Of a DNA stretch of 64,000 nucleotides, positions 12,222 through 21,037 are shown piece by piece. Position 1 is the stretch's first letter. Every line of letters starts with the position of its first letter. A program made the translations under genes and the position numbers. The notes below the pieces were generated by a model. That model had not been told where the DNA came from, made no database searches, and was given only the letters and a program-made list of their open reading frames with translations. The DNA is from Candidatus Micrarchaeota archaeon (GTDB taxonomy: Archaea; Micrarchaeota; Micrarchaeia; Micrarchaeales; CABMGC01), in NCBI GenBank assembly GCA_021797745.1, contig JAJZZD010000005.1, forward strand, positions 1,438-65,437, given 5' to 3'.

Positions 12222-13541
12222 ATGGCACCAAAAAAAATAATCATAATAGGAGCTGCTGGCCGCGACTTTCACTGTTTTAATACGTTATTCAGGGGCAACA
12301 AAGAGTGTGAAGTTGTTGCGTTCACCGCTGCCCAGATTCCTTACATTTCCGGAAGGAAATATCCGAAGGAGCTGAGCGGAAGGCTTTATCCGAAAGGCAT
12401 ACAGATATACGACGAAAGTGAGCTGCCAGGGCTTATAAAAAATTTACATGCGGACGCCTGCATCCTCGCTTACAGCGACTTGCCCTATGCTGCGGTTATG
12501 CACAAGGCCAGCCTCGTAAATGCATGCGGAGCTGATTTCTGGCTTATGACTCCCGAATCAAGCATGCTAAAATCAACAAAACCAGTCATAGCGGTGTGCG
12601 CAGTAAGAACCGGCGCTGGCAAAAGCCCCACTACAAGGTATATTGCAAAGAAGCTCAGGGACATGGGAAAAAAGGTGGTGATAATAAGGCACCCGATGCC
12701 TTACGGAATATTGAAAGAGCAAGTAGTAGAGCGCTTCGCAAGCATAAAGGACCTTGATAAGTACAAAACAACTATCGAAGAAAGGGAGGATTACGAGCCC
12801 CACATAATGAACAGGTTCATCGTATACGCGGGCGTCGACTACGAAAAAATTCTCAGGAAGGCTGAAAAAGAGGCAGATGTAATAATTTGGGATGGCGGCA
12901 ATAACGACGCGCCGTTCATAAAGCCGGATTTATTCATAGCGATTGCCGACCCGCTTAGGCCGGGGAATGAGATTGCATATTATCCAGGAGAAACCGTAGC
13001 CAGGATGGCTGATTTTTTGATAATAAACAAGGCAAATTCGGCAAAGAAAAAAGACATTGAAGAAGTACGCAGCAATTTGAAAGAGATAAACAAAAAAGCA
13101 CACATAATGCTTGCGGATTCCATCGTAAGCGCAGACAATCCAAACGAGATACGTGGTAAAAGTGTGCTTTTGGTTGAGGATGGGCCAACAATAACGCATG
13201 GAAACATGACATTCGGAGCCGCAACAGTAGCAGCCAAACAATATCATGCCAAAAAAATAATAAATGCAAAGGAGTATGCAGTTGGCAGCATAAAACAGAC
13301 TTATGAAAAGTACAAAACACTTGGAAGAGAATTGCCTGCAATGGGATATAGTGCAAAGCAAATAAAAGACCTTGAAACAACGATTAACAGGGCCGATTGC
13401 GACACAGTGGTTTCCGCTACGCCTACCAACATAAGGCATCTGATAAACGTGAACAAGCCGATTGTGCAGGTTAGCTATGAAATCAGGCCCAGAAGCACAG
13501 AATTAGACGAAGCAATAAATAAGTTGGCAAAATCAATATAA
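12222..13541 (+). CDS. COG2403 P-loop protein (cPGS-like 'predicted GTPase'; probable arginine synthetase ArcE type)
   Basis: GAAGRDFH, AFTAAQIP, AVRTGAGKS, RHPMPYG, TIEEREDYEPH, WDGGNND, VEDGPTITHG, PAMGY. Confidence 0.75.
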   Translation: MAPKKIIIIGAAGRDFHCFNTLFRGNKECEVVAFTAAQIPYISGRKYPKELSGRLYPKGIQIYDESELPGLIKNLHADACILAYSDLPYAAVMHKASLVNACGADFWLMTPESSMLKSTKPVIAVCAVRTGAGKSPTTRYIAKKLRDMGKKVVIIRHPMPYGILKEQVVERFASIKDLDKYKTTIEEREDYEPHIMNRFIVYAGVDYEKILRKAEKEADVIIWDGGNNDAPFIKPDLFIAIADPLRPGNEIAYYPGETVARMADFLIINKANSAKKKDIEEVRSNLKEINKKAHIMLADSIVSADNPNEIRGKSVLLVEDGPTITHGNMTFGAATVAAKQYHAKKIINAKEYAVGSIKQTYEKYKTLGRELPAMGYSAKQIKDLETTINRADCDTVVSATPTNIRHLINVNKPIVQVSYEIRPRSTELDEAINKLAKSI

Positions 13542-13556
13542 GCGCTTAACTGCTTT

Positions 13557-13630
13557 GGGTCCGTAACTCAGATTGGTAGAGTGGCTGGCTCTTAACCAGC
13601 AAGCCGTGGGTCCAAATCCCACCGGGCCCG
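13557..13630 (+). tRNA. tRNA-Lys(CTT)
   Basis: Acceptor GGGTCCG/CGGGCCC; anticodon arm GCTGG-CT-CTT-AA-CCAGC; no encoded CCA. Confidence 0.95.
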
Positions 13631-13881
13631 CAGTTTAAGGGTTTTGATTCTGACAATAAGGCTAATATATCAGTTCGTACATAATATGATTGCAAACCCA
13701 GCAAGGCGACAAAACAGTGCTGCGTTACAGAATAACAAAATTGCGTAAATAAATTGCATTTTTAACGCACCTTTATATATGAGGAGAGGCAAATATCATA
13801 TTGAAGGCAAAGCAGACGGATATTAAGCAACATTTCTGTTACGCCTGCTTTGTATCTTCCAACCAAAATTCCCGTGATAAA

Positions 13882-14655
13882 ATGCCCACAGCGCACAAAC
13901 ATAATAACGCAAAGAACAAAACAGCCGCTAATAAAAGGAAAGTCGAGCGTAGCACTGCAAAGAAGGCCAGATCCGTTCCGAAAAAGCACACTAAAAAGGT
14001 TAGTGTAAACGTCAAGACAAAGAAACTGTTGAAAACTGCCAAAAAAGCCAAGATATCAGCTAAGATAAAAAGCAATACAAGGCAAAAAGAAAATATAAAG
14101 CATAAGTCAAAGAGAGCACTCCTGCTTGAACAAGCGGCAATAGAAGAGCATAGCAAGACTGTAGAGGTAGTTAAAAACATAGCCAACAACGATGCGTTCA
14201 ACAGGTTCCTTTCCCAAAATATAGGCAAAAGGGCTTCAGATGTTATTCAACTGCTCGAAACGCCAAAGACGGATGATTCCCTTGCAGAGTCGCTTTCTAT
14301 AAAGATAAATGAGGTTAGGCGCATGCTGAACGTACTCAGCAGCTACGGGCTTGTAAGATATGATTCGCACAAAGACAATCAGGGTTGGCTGACCTTCAGC
14401 TGGCACATCAATACTGAAAAAATGAAGGAGTTCGGCGACAGCCTCAAAACAACATCAAGCTCTGAAGAAAACTATAACCTGCCTGAAAACTGCAATGACT
14501 TTTTCTATTGCAGCAAATGTTATTCAGTTCAAAAACTCATACTGCCGTTCGATTCCGCGTTTGAATCCGATTTTAAATGCGATTGCGGAAGAAAGTTGAA
14601 CCAGCTGAACAGAGAGCAAGTAATTCAAATGTTCAAACAAGGGCCAGAGCAATAA
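13882..14655 (+). CDS. tfe: Transcription factor E alpha with Lys-rich N-terminal extension
   Basis: TDDSLAESLSIKINEVRRMLNVLSSYGLVRY...GWLTFSW winged helix; FFYCSKC...FESDFKCDCG zinc ribbon; GTGAT RBS before ATG 13882. Confidence 0.85.
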   Translation: MPTAHKHNNAKNKTAANKRKVERSTAKKARSVPKKHTKKVSVNVKTKKLLKTAKKAKISAKIKSNTRQKENIKHKSKRALLLEQAAIEEHSKTVEVVKNIANNDAFNRFLSQNIGKRASDVIQLLETPKTDDSLAESLSIKINEVRRMLNVLSSYGLVRYDSHKDNQGWLTFSWHINTEKMKEFGDSLKTTSSSEENYNLPENCNDFFYCSKCYSVQKLILPFDSAFESDFKCDCGRKLNQLNREQVIQMFKQGPEQ

Positions 14656-14763
14656 ACGCTTTTATTTGCAGACCTTTTCCTTTTTGCATTATTGTCGACA
14701 TAAGCGTATGTACAACAAGGAATAAAAACGTAATTATCCTTATTAATTACACAGGGCGATGCT

Positions 14764-15132
14764 TTGGCCGAAAACAAAAATATTACAAAACAAATCAGCA
14801 GAAGGCGCGTATTCCTGTTCATATTCGCCTTCTTATTCATAGGAATGCTTCTTGACGTGATGGCTGAATTAGATGTGCTTGCCTACGCACTGGATGACAT
14901 AGCGATTGTATCGCTTTCCGCAATAGGCATATTGTTGATGGCATACATGCGCAAAGACACATCTTCAAAGAAGCTTGAACTGCAGAACAACATAATGCTC
15001 GTGCTAGTAGTAGCCATGATACTTTTTCAGATAGTAGGCATATTTGTGGAGCTGAAAAGTCCGGAAGATTTTGGAGACGACATACCCGTATTAATAGGGC
15101 TTGTGCTTGCATTAGTCAACAGATTTTGGTGA
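14764..15132 (+). CDS. Small 4-TM hypothetical membrane protein
   Basis: 122 aa with four hydrophobic segments, two preceded by DD pairs. Confidence 0.55.
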   Translation: MAENKNITKQISRRRVFLFIFAFLFIGMLLDVMAELDVLAYALDDIAIVSLSAIGILLMAYMRKDTSSKKLELQNNIMLVLVVAMILFQIVGIFVELKSPEDFGDDIPVLIGLVLALVNRFW

Positions 15133-15191
15133 AACGCGTGCGCTTTTGTTTTGCAAACTCTTTTATTATGCAACAGTTAATGTTTTAGCGA

Positions 15192-15266
15192 AGCGAGGTA
15201 GGGTAGCCTGGAGTGCCCGCCGGGCTCATAACCCGGAGATCGGTGGTCCAAATCCACCCCTCGCTA
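15192..15266 (+). tRNA. Initiator tRNA-Met(CAT)
   Basis: A1-U72 acceptor AGCGAGG/CCTCGCT; anticodon stem CCGGG-CT-CAT-AA-CCCGG with three consecutive G-C pairs. Confidence 0.95.
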
Positions 15267-15400
15267 TGTAACACCCCGCAGTTCCACTAATCGCTAATCT
15301 TTTATTATATTATATTATTATCAAGACAACTACAACATAATAAACAAAAAGAATAAATAGAACAGAATAGTGGAATTAAGGGGTTGTAAGAGGCAATAGC

Positions 15401-15874
15401 ATGACAAGTGACATAACGCCTTCGCTGATTTTCAACGTGCTTTCTAAAGAAACAAGTACCGGCGAACTCCAACCTCTTCAAGAAGATTTTTTTGATAAAG
15501 CTGAAGAATACTTAGAAAAAAACAGCAAGTCAGGAGACATGGACATGCAGCAAAACAACAACTTTAAAAAGATGCTCGCCAAATTAAAAGAACGCCGCAA
15601 GCAGAAGCTGTTGGTGTATCTTGCATACGACAAGCCACTGCCCAAACCTGTTCCCAAAAACGAAGAAAAAATGTACGAAAAGGTGCAAAAAATAATAAAT
15701 GGGACGCCTTCTGAGCAAAGCATCGCAAAAATAAAAATATCTGAAGAAATACCTGAAATAATTACGCCGCAGGGTAAGCACATCGGCCCTTTTAAAAAAG
15801 GCGAACTGGTCGACATAGACGATTCAGCCGAAGAAGCATTTATAATAAACAGCAAGATAGGAGAAAAAATGTGA
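15401..15874 (+). CDS. GINS (Gins51-type) replication protein
   Basis: ELQPLQEDFF..AEEYL, LKERRKQKLL, C-terminal GPFKKGELVDI B-domain; conserved position before rpl44e. Confidence 0.75.
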   Translation: MTSDITPSLIFNVLSKETSTGELQPLQEDFFDKAEEYLEKNSKSGDMDMQQNNNFKKMLAKLKERRKQKLLVYLAYDKPLPKPVPKNEEKMYEKVQKIINGTPSEQSIAKIKISEEIPEIITPQGKHIGPFKKGELVDIDDSAEEAFIINSKIGEKM

Positions 15875-15879
15875 TCGAT

Positions 15880-16161
15880 ATGAAAATAGAAAAGGAAATG
15901 AACGTGTATTGCCCTTACTGCAACAAACACACCTTGCATGCAGTCAAAATGCCCAAGAAGAACACGCAGAGAGGGTTCAGCATAGGCACAAGGAGGCACA
16001 TGAGAGCGATAAAAGGGTATGTGGGCAGCGTAGAAGTGAAGCTAAGAAACAAGAAAATCGGGAAAAAGCAGAAGGTAATGCTCGAATGCAAAATCTGCAA
16101 AAAATCAGTCGAACGTGTTGTTTCCGGCAAGGCAAAGAAAAAAATAGAAATAAAGAAGTGA
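15880..16161 (+). CDS. rpl44e: 50S ribosomal protein L44e (eL42)
   Basis: YCPYCNKHTLH...LECKICKK zinc ribbon. Confidence 0.92.
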   Translation: MKIEKEMNVYCPYCNKHTLHAVKMPKKNTQRGFSIGTRRHMRAIKGYVGSVEVKLRNKKIGKKQKVMLECKICKKSVERVVSGKAKKKIEIKK

Positions 16162-16165
16162 TTTA

Positions 16166-16921
16166 TTGATAGTTGCAAAGGAACTGCCTGCTTCGGGCGA
16201 GGTAGTTCTGGTAAAGATAAACAAAATCATGCCTCACGGCGCGTACTGTTCTTTGATAGAGTATAACGTCGATGCTTATTTGCCGATATCTGAGGTCGCG
16301 AGCGGCTGGATAAAGAACATACACGAGTTCATAAAAGAAGGTCAGCGCGAAGTAGCAAAAGTCGTTTTCATAGACCCGTCAAAAAGAGCATTGGACGTTT
16401 CACTTAAAAAAATAACGAGCAAGCAGAAAAAAGACAAAATCGGTGAATATAATTCAGAGAAAAGGGCAGAGCAGCTGTTCAGCAAGGCGCTGTCAAAACT
16501 CAGCGGCGCAGAGCTTGCAGATATCAAAAGCAGGCTTTCTCAGAAGTTCCAGACCTATGCTGATGTAATCAACGCAGCATACGAGAACCATGACTTGCTT
16601 AAGGGAACGATGAGCACAGAAGCGGCAAACCTTCTTGTGGAGATTGCGAAGAAGAACATCAAACCCAAGAGTTACACTGTAGCTTACAGGTTTGAGGTTA
16701 AGGCGCTTAATGGAAAGGGCAACATCAACACGCTCAAGGAGGCATTCGGGCTAGTGCAGAAGGCCGGGGTTTCTGTGCTTTACGAAGGCGCTCCCCATTA
16801 CAAATTCACGGCCACTAACAAGAGCTATCCCGAGGCCGAAGACATGATCAAGAAATCAAATTCTATACTTTCACAGTTCTCTGGCAAGCTTAGCGTGGCT
16901 GAGAAAGGCAAAGTGCAGTAA
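16166..16921 (+). CDS. eif2a: Translation initiation factor aIF2 alpha
   Basis: S1 domain, ISEVASGWIKNI, DVSLKK, YEGAPHY. Confidence 0.92.
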   Translation: MIVAKELPASGEVVLVKINKIMPHGAYCSLIEYNVDAYLPISEVASGWIKNIHEFIKEGQREVAKVVFIDPSKRALDVSLKKITSKQKKDKIGEYNSEKRAEQLFSKALSKLSGAELADIKSRLSQKFQTYADVINAAYENHDLLKGTMSTEAANLLVEIAKKNIKPKSYTVAYRFEVKALNGKGNINTLKEAFGLVQKAGVSVLYEGAPHYKFTATNKSYPEAEDMIKKSNSILSQFSGKLSVAEKGKVQ

Positions 16922-16950
16922 AGCAAGAATCTGCATGAGGGACGTGTTGA

Positions 16951-17757
16951 ATGATCAAGACAACCATATATTACAAAAAAGTAAAGCTTAACGACCCTAT
17001 TTTGATAGTAGGACTGCCTGGCGTCGGTTATGTCGGGGGACTGGTGGCTGAGCAGCTGAGAAGCAAGCTGGGAGCGAAAAAGCTCGCTACCCTGTACTCT
17101 CCGTATTTTCCCTATCAGATCATAACGCTAAAGAACGGCGGCTTCAGGCTGGTGAGCAACAGGTTCTACTACTACAAGAACAAAAACAAGAAAGGACGAG
17201 ATCTTGTAATTTTAATGGGCGACTGCCAGCCTCTTTCTCCTGAAGGGCAATACGACGTGAACGAACGCATAGTGAAATTCTTCAAAAACCTTGGGGGCAA
17301 CACCATATACACAATAGGCGGGTACAACACCGGCAACAGGAACGCAGAAAAACCACGCATATTCGGTGTTTCTTCAGACGAACAGGTCAGGACAGCGCTT
17401 TCAAAATTTGGGATAAGGTTCGGTGAGGCCGCAGGAATATCTATTCTCGGGTCTGCCGGGATGATACTCGCTTTTTCTAAGAAGCACAATGTGCAGGCGG
17501 CGTGCATAATGGGAGAAACAAATATGCTGGAAGTGGATGCAACTGCGGCAAAAAGCGTCCTTAGGGCAATGGGAGAAATACTCGACGTGCCTGTCGACTT
17601 CAAGAACCTGGACAGGATACAGAAGGACACTGAAAAAGCCATAAGAGAAATAGAAGACATATCAGGGTCCGCACTCGAGGCGCAGCAAGGCCCTGCAGGA
17701 CAGCAGGTTCAGTTTGAGAGTCAGAAAAAGAAAGAGGATTTGACCTACATAAGGTAA
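16951..17757 (+). CDS. PAC2-family proteasome assembly chaperone
   Basis: GLPGVGYVG, GDCQP, YTIGGY, CIMGET; C-terminal YIR. Confidence 0.88.
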   Translation: MIKTTIYYKKVKLNDPILIVGLPGVGYVGGLVAEQLRSKLGAKKLATLYSPYFPYQIITLKNGGFRLVSNRFYYYKNKNKKGRDLVILMGDCQPLSPEGQYDVNERIVKFFKNLGGNTIYTIGGYNTGNRNAEKPRIFGVSSDEQVRTALSKFGIRFGEAAGISILGSAGMILAFSKKHNVQAACIMGETNMLEVDATAAKSVLRAMGEILDVPVDFKNLDRIQKDTEKAIREIEDISGSALEAQQGPAGQQVQFESQKKKEDLTYIR

Positions 17758-17839
17758 TTTATAAATGCACCTTTTCCTTATCTTCAATACCGCGGAATAA
17801 ATACTGCAATCGTCGCAGCATTTACGCTGCACATATTAC

Positions 17840-17912
17840 GCGCCAGTAGTCTAGCCTGGTAGGATTCGAGCTTCCCAAGCTCGCGACTCGGGTTCAAATC
17901 CCGGCTGGCGCA
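17840..17912 (+). tRNA. tRNA-Gly(CCC)
   Basis: Acceptor GCGCCAG/CTGGCGC; anticodon arm CGAGC-TT-CCC-AA-GCTCG; T-loop GGTTCAAATCC. Confidence 0.95.
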
Positions 17913-17913
17913 T

Positions 17914-18762
17914 TCATGGATAATCTCCATTATGCTTTTTGTATATGAGCTCCATCAGCAGGTCAATCCCTTGTTTTCTGCCCGCGTACTTTCTATTCAA
18001 CTTTTTTATTGTTTCTGGCCTATCAAGCATTAGGTACTTTATCAAACCGTCTTTATGTATCTCTTTTGCGATGTCTTCCGTCTCTTTGGTTCTCTTCAAA
18101 TAACTCTTGCTTTTAATAAATGCAGAGAACCTGCGTAACCCCAAAATCGAGTGTTTGTTAAGATTCAGTGTTAAGAATATTTCTTTAAGAAGAAACACGT
18201 ACGGATGCTTGTAGAAAATAGCCATCCTATTGTAGTCTCTTTTGTGTTCGTAGATGTCGTGCCTGTGCACCATGTATATTTCTTTGTTTTTTATCTTGAT
18301 AGACGTTCCGTATATTATGCTTGGGTTGTGAATGAAACCAAGGTGTTCTATCTTTCCCTTCCTGAACAGCCGCGGCTGCCACGTATAAAAACTCCTCTTA
18401 GAGTTCTCATATCTTTTTATCTTGATCACGTCTACTTTTTTATCGTCTGTGATACAGCCAATTCTTTGCTTCAGCGCCGCAGAAAGCTCTTCATCAGTGT
18501 CGAGTAGAAACAGCCATTCATTTTTGCACAGGCTTATCCCGTAGTGATACGCCGGTTCGGCATAGCCTAAAGCTATAAAATCGAACACCCTGACTTTGTT
18601 CATCTGCCTTCTTTTTATCGCTCTGCGCAACGCGCTTCTATTGCTTTTTTTGCTGCTGTCGACTATCACGACTTCGTCAGCTACGTCATATATCTTTTCG
18701 ATTGCCTGAAGTGTTTCCCTGTATGGATCTATTGTGAATATCAGAAACGAAATTTTTGCCAT
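17914..18762 (-). CDS. Glycosyltransferase family 2
   Basis: ADEVVIVDS, WLFLLDTDE (DxD), QPRLFRK, GFIH. Confidence 0.85.
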   Translation of the reverse strand: MAKISFLIFTIDPYRETLQAIEKIYDVADEVVIVDSSKKSNRSALRRAIKRRQMNKVRVFDFIALGYAEPAYHYGISLCKNEWLFLLDTDEELSAALKQRIGCITDDKKVDVIKIKRYENSKRSFYTWQPRLFRKGKIEHLGFIHNPSIIYGTSIKIKNKEIYMVHRHDIYEHKRDYNRMAIFYKHPYVFLLKEIFLTLNLNKHSILGLRRFSAFIKSKSYLKRTKETEDIAKEIHKDGLIKYLMLDRPETIKKLNRKYAGRKQGIDLLMELIYKKHNGDYP

Positions 18763-19208
18763 TACGTCGCCTTTTATTAAGTTTTAGGAGGTTGACTAGT
18801 TTATAGCCTTTAGATCATTCTTGATGGCATTCTCAAGTACTTAATTTAATGTTTTTTGCTTTTGAATTTGATGTATGCTCTTTTATTTTTATTATTGATT
18901 TTTAACGCATTTCTCAAATTTTCTTATGACAACAAAACCTTTTGACATTCTTGTGAGCAAAAACATAGTAATCTCGTGAATTTTTACTTCTATTTTTATC
19001 TATTTTTTAATATCTTTATTACTTGTTTTCTGCTTCCAAATCTAACAAGTAGCACTATGCACTATTTTTACAAGTTTTCTTATTAGTAAAAATCACTACT
19101 GCTCTCGACTTTAACTGCATTATAATTCGATCCAAGATAGTTATATCTTTTGGGTTTACATTAGGTTTTATTTTAACTGTAATTTCTGTTATTTATTTGT
19201 CTCTGAAC

Positions 19209-19283
19209 TGCTCCCATCGGGATTTGAACCCGAGTTACGGGGTTGAAAGCCCCATGTCCTTGGCCGGACTAGACGATGGGAGC
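19209..19283 (-). tRNA. tRNA-Glu(TTC)
   Basis: Reverse complement GCTCCCATCGTCTAGTCCGGCCAAGGACATGGGGCTTTCAACCCCGTAACTCGGGTTCAAATCCCGATGGGAGCA. Confidence 0.95.
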
Positions 19284-19291
19284 GTCTGCGC

Positions 19292-19876
19292 TCATTTCAT
19301 ATGAGCCTCTACTATTCTAATTATCTCCTTATTTATTTCTTCCTTGCTCTTTGAGCCATCAATTATAAAGCAATTTTTTGCTTTCTTGGCTAGTCGCATG
19401 TATTCTCTGGTCACTTTTTTAAGGAATTCTATTTTTTCAAACGCGTCAAGGTGTATTCTCGCTGTATTTAACCTACTCATGGCAGTTTCAGGTTTTATGT
19501 TTATCAGAAAAATAATATTCGGTGCTGGCATCTGTGAGTTCATCATTTTCAGCCCTTTTTCGCTTACCCCCGCGGCGATCCCATACGCTAATGTGGACAT
19601 AATATACCTGTCCTCAATGACGATTTTTCCTTCGTTCACTGCCGGTATTATTTCTTTTTCTACATGCTGCGCCCTGTCTGCTGTGAAAAGCAACTGAATC
19701 GTAGCAGGGTCCACATTTTGCGATTTGTTCAGTATGTCCTTAACAAGCCTTCCTATTTTGCTGTTTGTAGGCTCTTTTGTTTTTATGCACCTGTATTTTT
19801 CCGACAGGTATTCGTAAAGCATGTCTGCCTGTGTCGTTTTTCCAGACCCATCTATTCCCTCAAAAACTATGAACAC
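19292..19876 (-). CDS. tmk: Thymidylate kinase
   Basis: FEGIDGSGKTTQ, KEPT, LLFTADR, DRY..STLAYG. Confidence 0.95.
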   Translation of the reverse strand: MFIVFEGIDGSGKTTQADMLYEYLSEKYRCIKTKEPTNSKIGRLVKDILNKSQNVDPATIQLLFTADRAQHVEKEIIPAVNEGKIVIEDRYIMSTLAYGIAAGVSEKGLKMMNSQMPAPNIIFLINIKPETAMSRLNTARIHLDAFEKIEFLKKVTREYMRLAKKAKNCFIIDGSKSKEEINKEIIRIVEAHMK

Positions 19877-19935
19877 GATAACACTCGAAGTATCTATTGC
19901 AATGCATTAAAATAAAAGTCCCTAACTTCTGGGAA

Positions 19936-20211
19936 TTATTTTGAAAGATCGTTTGTTTCTTCCTTTGATGCTTCTGGAGCGTTAGCAGGTGCTGAAACAA
20001 GCACAACATCCCCCACATTCTTGACTGTCTTGTATAATATACTCTTCTGCCTCAAAGTTGTCCTGACATCCCCCTTTACCCCCTTCCAGGGCACCATCAT
20101 GAGCCTGCTAAGCTCGCCCTTTTCGAGGTCTATCACAACGTCCTGAACCTCACCTAGATACTGTCCCGAGTCACTGTATATGTCCATTCTGTAGATTTCA
20201 GATAGCAACAT
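19936..20211 (-). CDS. PRC-barrel domain protein (possibly CdpB-like cell-division factor)
   Basis: IYSDSGQYLGEVQDVVID...VKNVGDVVLV. Confidence 0.8.
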   Translation of the reverse strand: MLLSEIYRMDIYSDSGQYLGEVQDVVIDLEKGELSRLMMVPWKGVKGDVRTTLRQKSILYKTVKNVGDVVLVSAPANAPEASKEETNDLSK

Positions 20212-20326
20212 GTTATCACGATCGCCTATTATCTCTTATCTGCAACATTATTTAAAAGTTTCTAAATCGAGATATTTCTGACTCTCGATAAATTATAAAC
20301 TTTTAACACTATTTTAATTGATTGTA

Positions 20327-20900
20327 ATGGCGATTATATAAGTTTCGTAGATGACCTTAGAGTTATAATTAACATCACAAATCACGCCTGAACAGCAGCT
20401 GGCATACATGAGTGAACTCAGATATTCGACCTCTTGCTTTTTGTGAAGCAAGCGTATTGTTGGCTTGCGTCGCATATAGAGCCAAACACCACGCTTACTG
20501 ATTCAGGTTCAAACACAGGAGACACGGCCAGATATATTTCCGTGTTTCTTAATATTAAAAAGTATTCAGTTACTCGTATATACTTGCACATTCGCTGATG
20601 TAAAGTGCAATATTGCGGCAAGCTCCTATTGGAATGAGATAGAACTTCACAATCTATCAGCATCGAATTCACAAATTTCAGTATACATAAGCAATAAATA
20701 TCATGCCACGGCTTGCACATTGTGTTCGGTGAGATCTGGCTAGCATTCAGACACAATAGCAAATAGCGTAGCCTGGCTTGAAATACCGAATGGGAAGAAG
20801 AACATTATAATAAAATGCTATGAAAACAGTGTGAATGATGCCCGTTCTGCAATGTCGTCCTAAAAACGTGTATCTGTTATAAATGGAATGCCCTGACTGC
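20327..20900 (+). pseudogene. Decayed FkbM-family SAM methyltransferase (boundaries approximate)
   Basis: Fragment from ~20419 reads QIFDLLLFVKQAYCWLASHIEPNTTLTDSGSNTGDTARY (degenerate VIDIGANIGD motif I). Frameshifted KVFSY follows, then KNIIIKCY (IKCD/IKMD motif). Multiple stops. Confidence 0.55.
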
Positions 20901-21037
20901 AGGAATAGTGTCATCAATGATATGTCGTAACTGACATAACGACATAAACCCAGAATTTAAGACAAAAGTTGGAAGTTCAGAATAACTAAGCCTCATTTTC
21001 TGCGCAAAACGATCTAGATATTACTAATTTTCAGAAC

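Noticed and set aside
17840..19283. att direct repeats or a provirus at tRNA-Gly or tRNA-Glu
   Set aside because: No duplicated tRNA 3' fragment or integrase seen; the shared ACTCGGGTTCAAATCCCG is just the T-arm of two complete tRNAs.
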